Sequence record: SRR22947725_599 | DNA length: 33,846 bases | Strand: one strand, 5' to 3' | Part shown: one piece after another, positions 26,965 through 33,846 of the stretch | Numbering within the stretch: the stretch's first letter is position 1 | How the letters are laid out: every line of letters begins with the position of its first letter | Notes under the pieces: model-generated | What the model was told of the DNA's origin: nothing | Databases searched by the model: none | Seen by the model: only the letters and a program-made list of their open reading frames with translations | Made by a program: the position numbers and the translations under genes

Positions 26965-28296
26965 TTAATAATGAAAGTTTTCACTTTCTTTAATGTATGG
27001 GTTACCCTTTACTAATAGTGGTGCTTTTGACAATGAATAAAAAACAATCAATAAAAACAGTCCTGAAAATAATGCTAAAGCACTGATCTCAGGTAAACCA
27101 AAGTACCATCTATCGATTACAGTAGCTGGCATAATCATATTGAAAACATCAACATAATGTCCAATTAATATAACTATACCGGCCATAACAATAAACCAAG
27201 GAATTCGTTTATAATCGCTGTTTATAAGAACTAAAAAAGGGAAAATAAAATTCATAATAATCATTCCAAAAAATGGAATAGTATAATCTTCTATTCTGGT
27301 AATATAGTAAGTGACTTCCTCTGGAATGTTTGCATACCATATCAACATAAATTGTGAAAACCACAAGTAAGTCCAAAACACACTAAAACCAAACATAAAT
27401 TTAGCTAAATCGTGTAAGTGACTATCGTTAACAACATCTAAGTGGCCTTTGGATTTTAGATAAATTGTAATTAAAGCTATTACTGTAATACCACTTACCA
27501 ACATACTAGCTAGTAAATACCATCCAAACAAAGTACTAAACCAATGCGGATCTACACTCATTATCCAATCCCAAGACATCATGGATTCAGTATATATAAA
27601 AAACACTAAAAAAGCTGCAGATATTCTAAAGTTCAATTTGAAATATTTATTCCCACTATCGTTATCTTGTGCTAAAGAAAATTTTCTAGAAAAATACCTA
27701 TATAAACTCCAACCTCCAATGAATATTAAGGCTCTAACTATAAACCATGGTTTATTTAGCCAGCTAGATTTTCCTTGAATTATTTCATCATGTGCTACAA
27801 CTTCTGGATCCATCCAGATAAAAATATGTTTATCACCAATAATTGCAATTAATAAAACAATAAGCGCCCCAGGTAATAAGTAATAAGTAATAGCTTCCAT
27901 AACTCTGTATAGGACGGGTGACCATCCTGCTTGTGATGCATATTGTATTGCATAAAAAGCGAGTACACCTAGGGCTATCATCATGAAAAAGAAAGCAGCT
28001 ACATACAATGCTGCATAAGGTCTATTATGAATTTGATGCATCACATGTTCAGCATGTATATCCTCATTTGAATGATGTGATAATTCAGAATGACTGTCAT
28101 CATTTGATTCAGATCCATGATTAGTAACTTCATGAGAATCGTCATGGGAATCTCCGTGAGAAGATTCGTAAGCTAACATTTCTTTAACTTCTTCTAAAGA
28201 TTTATGTGAATTCACATAACTGTAACTCCAACCTAAAGCTCCCAGTATAATTAGGGAGATAGAAAATATTTTTAATCTGTTTGAAATAGTATACAT
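26965..28296 (-). CDS. actF: Alternative complex III subunit ActF
   Basis: About 10 TM; WDWIMSVDPHWFST, FWTYLWFSQFMLIWYANIPEE; follows actE. Confidence 0.9.
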   Translation of the reverse strand: MYTISNRLKIFSISLIILGALGWSYSYVNSHKSLEEVKEMLAYESSHGDSHDDSHEVTNHGSESNDDSHSELSHHSNEDIHAEHVMHQIHNRPYAALYVAAFFFMMIALGVLAFYAIQYASQAGWSPVLYRVMEAITYYLLPGALIVLLIAIIGDKHIFIWMDPEVVAHDEIIQGKSSWLNKPWFIVRALIFIGGWSLYRYFSRKFSLAQDNDSGNKYFKLNFRISAAFLVFFIYTESMMSWDWIMSVDPHWFSTLFGWYLLASMLVSGITVIALITIYLKSKGHLDVVNDSHLHDLAKFMFGFSVFWTYLWFSQFMLIWYANIPEEVTYYITRIEDYTIPFFGMIIMNFIFPFLVLINSDYKRIPWFIVMAGIVILIGHYVDVFNMIMPATVIDRWYFGLPEISALALFSGLFLLIVFYSLSKAPLLVKGNPYIKESENFHY

Positions 28297-28313
28297 TTAT
28301 CTAAATCTTTATT

Positions 28314-28874
28314 TTAATTTTCTAAATCTGATTTTAATTTTAAAACATAATGAGTTACTAACCATCTTTCATCTTCATTTAATTGACCTGCATAAGAACC
28401 CATAGAATTTTTACCATAATAAATGGTATGATAAATACTTCCTTCATTAATAGCTCTACCGACGTCTGAATAACTTGGTATACCTAAAATCTTTTCTCTT
28501 TTAACTAAAATCCCTTGGCCAGCACCTTTACTACCATGGCATACAGCACAATAAATATTGTATAATTCTTTACCAGTCTTTAAATCAACTTCTTGAGATG
28601 AGGTAAACGGGCTTTTTAATTGCTTTTTAGCTAGCTCATAGCCAGCTGTATTATTTTCAAATTCAAATAACGAATAACCTCTTGCTATTGTACCTTCTGG
28701 TGGTACCAAAGCAGAATTTCCATCTACAAAATTATCATATTCACCATAGGTATCATAAGGAATTGACTTATACATATTAGGCATATACTCATAGTTACGA
28801 GAATCCTTAGAGTTACAGGAAATTAATGATCCAATAACCAAAGTAATTATTAATATTTTAAATATGTTTTTCAT
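28314..28874 (-). CDS. actE: Alternative complex III monoheme cytochrome c lipoprotein ActE
   Basis: Likely start 28874 (MKNIFK...LIS-C lipobox); YMPNMY, CAVCH heme motif, distal Met in KNSMGSY. Confidence 0.92.
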   Translation of the reverse strand: MKNIFKILIITLVIGSLISCNSKDSRNYEYMPNMYKSIPYDTYGEYDNFVDGNSALVPPEGTIARGYSLFEFENNTAGYELAKKQLKSPFTSSQEVDLKTGKELYNIYCAVCHGSKGAGQGILVKREKILGIPSYSDVGRAINEGSIYHTIYYGKNSMGSYAGQLNEDERWLVTHYVLKLKSDLEN

Positions 28875-28878
28875 AATA

Positions 28879-29412
28879 TTAATGTGATTCTTTTTCAATA
28901 ATTTTTATTTCTACAGCTCCAGACTTTTTAAGGATTTTTTCAAGATCCTTAAGTTTATTAGACGGATCAATTTCCATCAGAAAATGATCATCAGTGGTTC
29001 TTTTATCCGGATTCTCAGCTTTTTTAAAAGGCCACATTCTACTTCTTAAATAAAATGTTATTACCATCAAGTGAGCAGCAAAAAATACTGTTAATTCAAA
29101 CATAATTGGAACAAAAGAAGGCATATTTTCAATATAACTAAAACTCGGTTTACCACCAATATCCATAGGCCAATCTTCTATCATTATATAGTTCATCATC
29201 AAGATAGCCACAGTAAATCCAATACACCCATATATAAAAGAAGCAATAGCTATCCTTGTAGGCTCAAGACCCATAGCTTTATCAAGGCCGTGAACAGGAA
29301 AAGGAGTATAAATTTCTTCAATGTGAAACTTCTCACCTTTAACCATTTTTACAGCTGATAATAAAACATCATCATCATTATAAATAGCATGAACAAATTT
29401 TGAGGATCCCAT
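28879..29412 (-). CDS. actD: Alternative complex III subunit ActD (DUF3341)
   Basis: YTPFPVHGLD, DWPMDIGGKP, FVPIMFELTV. Confidence 0.92.
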   Translation of the reverse strand: MGSSKFVHAIYNDDDVLLSAVKMVKGEKFHIEEIYTPFPVHGLDKAMGLEPTRIAIASFIYGCIGFTVAILMMNYIMIEDWPMDIGGKPSFSYIENMPSFVPIMFELTVFFAAHLMVITFYLRSRMWPFKKAENPDKRTTDDHFLMEIDPSNKLKDLEKILKKSGAVEIKIIEKESH

Positions 29413-30872
29413 TACTTATTTGTTTTTTTTATTTTTTTAGTAGAAACTTTAGAAGTTCTTTTGTCAGCACCAGTACCAACTAAAGATTCTCCAGAATCTC
29501 TTAAATTTTTATACCTCTCTCCAGAACTCTTTAAAATAGTTTTAACTTCAGCTTGAGCAATTACAGGAAATGTTCTTGCGTACAGTAAAAATAACACAAA
29601 GAAAAACCCTATAGTACCTATAAATATACCTATCTCTACAAATGTTGGAGAGAACATTGTCCAAGATGAAGGTAAATAATCTCGATGTAATGAAGTGACT
29701 ATAATTACAAATCTTTCAAACCACATTCCAACATTTACAACAATTGAAATAAAGAATGAGAACATTATACTTGTTCTTAAACGTTTTGACCACATAAATT
29801 GAGGAGAAAACACATTACAACTCATCATCATCCAATAAGCCCACGCATACGGACCAGTGGCTCTATTTAAAAAAGCGTATTGTTCGTACTCAACTCCTGA
29901 GTACCAGGCAATGAATAATTCTGTTATGTAAGCGACTCCTACAATGGATCCAGTTATCATAATTACAATATTCATTAATTCAATATGTTGAACCGTAATA
30001 TAATCTTCCAAAGCACATACTTTTCTCATAATTATTAGCAATGTATTAACCATTGCAAAACCAGAAAATATTGCACCTGCAACAAAATATGGAGGAAATA
30101 TAGTGGTGTGCCAACCAGGAATTACAGAAGTGGCAAAATCAAAAGATACTATTGTATGAACAGATAAAACTAATGGTGTAGCTAAACCAGCTAAAACAAG
30201 AGAGACCTCTTCAAACCTTTGCCAATCTTTAGCTCTACCAGACCAACCAAAACTAAGAAGACTATATATTTTCTTTTGGAAAGGTTTTACAGCTCTATCT
30301 CTAATCATAGCAAAATCAGGAAGAAGCCCGGTCCACCAAAAAACAAGAGATACAGATAAGTAAGTTGATATAGCAAAAACATCCCATAATAATGGAGAAT
30401 TAAAATTGACCCATAAAGATCCAAATTGATTAGGTATCGGTAAAACCCAATATGCTAACCAAGGTCTACCCATATGTATTATTGGAAACAAACCTGCTTG
30501 AACAACCGAAAAAATAGTCATCGCTTCGGCTGATCTGTTAATAGCCATCCTCCATTTTTGTCTAAAAATTAATAAAACAGCTGAAATTAAAGTTCCCGCA
30601 TGTCCAATACCTACCCACCAAACAAAATTAGTAATATCCCAAGCCCAGCCAACAGTTTTATTTAATCCCCAAACACCTATACCAGTAGATATTGTATAAA
30701 TAATACAACCAATACCCCATAAAAATGCAGTAAGGGCTAATGAAAACACAATCCACCATTGTTTATTAGCTTGGCCTTCAACAGGTCGAGCAATATCAAC
30801 AGAAACATCATGGTAAGATTTCTCTCCTGCTACTAATGGTCTTCTAATAGGTGCTTCGTAATGAGACGCCAT
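29412..30872 (-). CDS. actC: Alternative complex III quinol-oxidising subunit ActC (NrfD/PsrC family)
   Basis: FVWWVGIGHAGTLISA, RSAEAMT, HMGRPW, SPLLWDVFA, GMWFERF. Confidence 0.95.
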   Translation of the reverse strand: MASHYEAPIRRPLVAGEKSYHDVSVDIARPVEGQANKQWWIVFSLALTAFLWGIGCIIYTISTGIGVWGLNKTVGWAWDITNFVWWVGIGHAGTLISAVLLIFRQKWRMAINRSAEAMTIFSVVQAGLFPIIHMGRPWLAYWVLPIPNQFGSLWVNFNSPLLWDVFAISTYLSVSLVFWWTGLLPDFAMIRDRAVKPFQKKIYSLLSFGWSGRAKDWQRFEEVSLVLAGLATPLVLSVHTIVSFDFATSVIPGWHTTIFPPYFVAGAIFSGFAMVNTLLIIMRKVCALEDYITVQHIELMNIVIMITGSIVGVAYITELFIAWYSGVEYEQYAFLNRATGPYAWAYWMMMSCNVFSPQFMWSKRLRTSIMFSFFISIVVNVGMWFERFVIIVTSLHRDYLPSSWTMFSPTFVEIGIFIGTIGFFFVLFLLYARTFPVIAQAEVKTILKSSGERYKNLRDSGESLVGTGADKRTSKVSTKKIKKTNK

Positions 30873-30884
30873 AATATTATATTA

Positions 30885-33845
30885 TTAACTATTTTTATTA
30901 TTTCTAACTTTAACCTGATAAACTACATTCGGCTTTGTACCAACCGCATCTAACAAGTGATAAGCACGATCATCTTTAATTAACTTTGAAATCGGACTTT
31001 CTTTTTCATTTATATCTCCAAACTTCATCGCTCCACTACTACAAGCAGCTGAACACGCTACTGCATCGTTAAATTCTCCTTTAGCAACAGCACGACCCTC
31101 TAGTTTGGCTTTTAAAATCACAGACTGTGTATTTTGAATACAGAAAGAGCATTTTTCCATAACCCCTCTAGATCTAACAGTAACATCTGGATTTAGAACC
31201 ATTCTACCTAAATCATCATTCATATGATAATCAAATTCATCGTTCTCATTGTATAAGAACCAATTGAATCTTCTAACCTTGTAAGGGCAATTATTAGCAC
31301 AATATCTAGTCCCAACACATCTATTATATGTCATTTGGTTTTGACCCTGTCTACCATGTGTAGTAGCAGCTACTGGACAAACTGTTTCACATGGAGCATG
31401 ATTACAGTGTTGACACATTATGGGCTGGAAAGCAACTTGGGGATTTTCTGATGGATTTTCCATTTCTCCAAAAGTAGATAAAGAACTACCTAAACCATTA
31501 ATATCATCTTTTTTCTGATCATCACTTTCAAAAGAATCCTCAGAAGAATAGTATCTATCAATTCTTAACCAGTGCATATCACGACTTTTTCTGATTTCTT
31601 CTTTACCAACAACAGGTACATTATTTTCAGCATGACATGCAATTACACAAGCTCCACAACCCGTACATGCGTTTAAATCTATTGATAAATTAAAATGATG
31701 CCCAATTGATCTATCAAATTCATCCCAAAGATCAACTGATGGAGAAGAAACTGGAGTTTCAATATGATTTAATGAAACTACTGCTTCAGGGTTCCAATCA
31801 TTTACATTTTTAGTATTAAAAACCTCGAGGCTTGTTTCTTTTATAATATCACCTCTACCCATTAATGTATTGTGTAGCTGAACAGATGCAAACTCATGAA
31901 TTTCGTCAGTAAAATTAATTTTAATAGCCTGTGTAGGTTTAAAATTCTTAAACAACTTAAAGCCATTAACCCCAGTCATCATAATATCTTTTACCCCTCT
32001 ATTTCGACCGTATCCAAAGGACAGACCAACAGTTCCACGTGCTTGGCCTGGCTGAATCATTACTGGAACTTTTATTTCGATATCTTCTAAGCTGATAACG
32101 GCATACTTCCCATTTAACCCCCCATCAGCTCCATTTTTACTTTGATTAAAAAATGTAGAAGGCTCTAGGTAAAGATTAAGTTTTTTAGCATCTGATTCAG
32201 AGATAGTTAAGTAATTGTCCCAAGTAGTCCTAGTGATAGGGTCAGGAAATTCTTGTAACCATGGATTATTAGCACATTGACCATCACCCATCCCAGTTTT
32301 GGAATATAAATTTAACTCAAATGTATTATCTGATGCCTCATTAATTGAGCTAGCAAGTGCTAAAATATAGGTAGTATTTTTCTTGGAAACTTTTAAATAA
32401 CTATTTCGTGATTTAATAGATTTTTTATTTTGGAAAATACCGTCATGTAGTGCTTGGTTCCAAGTTTTATTCTTTAATATATTATCGTACCAATTTGACT
32501 TTATATAATCATGGAAAGAACTACTATTATTGTTCCATATTAATATTAAATCTTGAAATTGTTTAGTATCAAATATAGGCCTAATAGTTGGCTGAGTTAT
32601 TGAAAATTCACCTGTAGACATTTCTGTATCTCCCCAAGACTCAAGATAATGCGGAGCTGCAGCAAGATAATCTACATGTAGAGCTGTTTCGTCATTTTTC
32701 ATTGAAAATAACACAGACATTTCTGTCTTTTTTAAACCTTCAACAAAATCATTTGAATTAGATAAAGTGTAAACTGGATTAACACCTGCCATAATTATGG
32801 CTCCAACTTTACCATCATTCATGTCTTCGATTAATTTAGATACTTCACTATCATTTCCTTGTCTAGTTAATATAGTTTTCTCAGGCTGAAAAGCTTTAGA
32901 ATTCAATCTTTGATTAATGTCAAGGACTAAGTTTTGATATTCTACTTCCTGAATTCCAGAAACAACTACTGGGTTATCACTTTCTAGTAATTCATTCATT
33001 ACACTATTGACAACTTTAACAAGTTTATCACTAATATTTATGTCAGCTTGTAAATTAAATAATTTGGAATAAATAGATAATAACACAAGTTTTTGTTCAT
33101 TTTGATTAACAGGATATCTGTTATCTGCATTAGCTCCAGTTAGAGACATATTAGCTTCAAAATGAATATGTCTAGACATTTTACCATTAGTAGGTATTCT
33201 AGATTGTCCATACTTTGAGTCAAATCCACCTCCTTGCCAATCTCCTAAAATATCTGCACCAATAGAAATAATTAAATCTGATAATGAAAAATCATAATTT
33301 GGTAAACCTCTAGATCCATATTTAGATTCATAAGCCTCTAGTGCAGCTGATTCAGAAACTGAATCGTAAACAATGTGTTTTGCATTAGAATAATTCTTTA
33401 TAAAATCACTAATTAATTTGTGCGTAGAAGGACTAGCAAAAGTCTGGGTTAAAAAAACAATAGACTTTGAAGTGTTCTTTAATGAATTTAATTTTTTCTT
33501 TGTATCACTTTCAAACTCAGTCCAAGAACTTTCAACTTGATTTTTAAAAGGCTTAGCTAATCTGAAACTATCGTATAAATCTAATACAGAAGCTTGAACT
33601 CTAGCATTTGCAGAGGCAGATATTGGAGCTAATTTGTTTAACTCTATCTTAATTGGCCTTCCTTCTCTAGTCTTTATCAGGACATTAGCAAAATCATAAC
33701 CATTTGCAATACTAGTTGCATAATAATTTGCTATACCAGGAATTATTTGTTCAGGTTGAACTACATAAGGTATAGATTTAATTACAGGACCTTCGCAAGC
33801 TGCAAGCGATGCTGCAGCAGTACTAAAACCAACATATTTAAGAAA
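30885..33845 (-). CDS. actB: Alternative complex III subunit ActB (molybdopterin-oxidoreductase-like plus Fe-S domain); 5' end outside the window
   Basis: Frame continues upstream of the track start (33179) to the window edge: FLKYVGFSTAAASLAACEGP (Tat tail and lipobox), KTREGRPIKIE. C-terminal CTGCGACVIAC, CQHCNHAPCETVC, CVGTRYCANNC, CSFC, CSAAC. Confidence 0.95.
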   Translation of the reverse strand, partial: FLKYVGFSTAAASLAACEGPVIKSIPYVVQPEQIIPGIANYYATSIANGYDFANVLIKTREGRPIKIELNKLAPISASANARVQASVLDLYDSFRLAKPFKNQVESSWTEFESDTKKKLNSLKNTSKSIVFLTQTFASPSTHKLISDFIKNYSNAKHIVYDSVSESAALEAYESKYGSRGLPNYDFSLSDLIISIGADILGDWQGGGFDSKYGQSRIPTNGKMSRHIHFEANMSLTGANADNRYPVNQNEQKLVLLSIYSKLFNLQADINISDKLVKVVNSVMNELLESDNPVVVSGIQEVEYQNLVLDINQRLNSKAFQPEKTILTRQGNDSEVSKLIEDMNDGKVGAIIMAGVNPVYTLSNSNDFVEGLKKTEMSVLFSMKNDETALHVDYLAAAPHYLESWGDTEMSTGEFSITQPTIRPIFDTKQFQDLILIWNNNSSSFHDYIKSNWYDNILKNKTWNQALHDGIFQNKKSIKSRNSYLKVSKKNTTYILALASSINEASDNTFELNLYSKTGMGDGQCANNPWLQEFPDPITRTTWDNYLTISESDAKKLNLYLEPSTFFNQSKNGADGGLNGKYAVISLEDIEIKVPVMIQPGQARGTVGLSFGYGRNRGVKDIMMTGVNGFKLFKNFKPTQAIKINFTDEIHEFASVQLHNTLMGRGDIIKETSLEVFNTKNVNDWNPEAVVSLNHIETPVSSPSVDLWDEFDRSIGHHFNLSIDLNACTGCGACVIACHAENNVPVVGKEEIRKSRDMHWLRIDRYYSSEDSFESDDQKKDDINGLGSSLSTFGEMENPSENPQVAFQPIMCQHCNHAPCETVCPVAATTHGRQGQNQMTYNRCVGTRYCANNCPYKVRRFNWFLYNENDEFDYHMNDDLGRMVLNPDVTVRSRGVMEKCSFCIQNTQSVILKAKLEGRAVAKGEFNDAVACSAACSSGAMKFGDINEKESPISKLIKDDRAYHLLDAVGTKPNVVYQVKVRNNKNS

Positions 33846-33846
33846 A

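Noticed and set aside
107..32090. All plus-strand ORFs in the track (60-100 aa)
   Set aside because: Each lies antisense to a well-supported minus-strand gene and has no recognisable motif; typical shadow ORFs.
30885..33845. actB as a catalytic molybdoenzyme and actC as polysulfide or nitrite reductase
   Set aside because: The actB-C-D-E-F-oxidase order identifies alternative complex III, whose ActB is not known to bind a molybdenum cofactor.
1..33846. tRNA, rRNA, riboswitch or CRISPR array
   Set aside because: Intergenic gaps are about 100 bp or less and AT-rich, with no cloverleaf, structured leader or repeat-spacer pattern seen.

Overview
AT-rich, gene-dense window from a Bacteroidota genome, most likely Flavobacteriaceae. 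The assignment rests on sprA, the actB-F/oxidase gene order, TAnnTTTG promoters and the lack of Shine-Dalgarno sites. Every credible gene is on the minus strand. In transcription order (right to left): alternative complex III (actB, cut by the window edge, then actC, D, E, F) and aa3-type oxidase subunits II and I; a terminator; ruvB, queG, maeB, ruvA, sprA, gcvH, vanZ-like, tonB; a second oxidase block (heme O synthase, two subunit III-like genes, subunit IV, a Cys-less SCO-like protein, SCO, DUF420 and a small CxxC protein); two small regulator-containing operons, each with a palindrome over its promoter; and a MacB/FtsX-type ABC transporter cut by the window edge. I see no tRNA, rRNA, CRISPR or mobile element. 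The best candidates for something undescribed are (i) a four-gene PadR/PspC envelope operon that includes a 49-aa glycine-zipper ORF missing from the ORF track, and (ii) the oxidase-assembly tail with a ligand-less SCO paralogue and a QCAMC microprotein.
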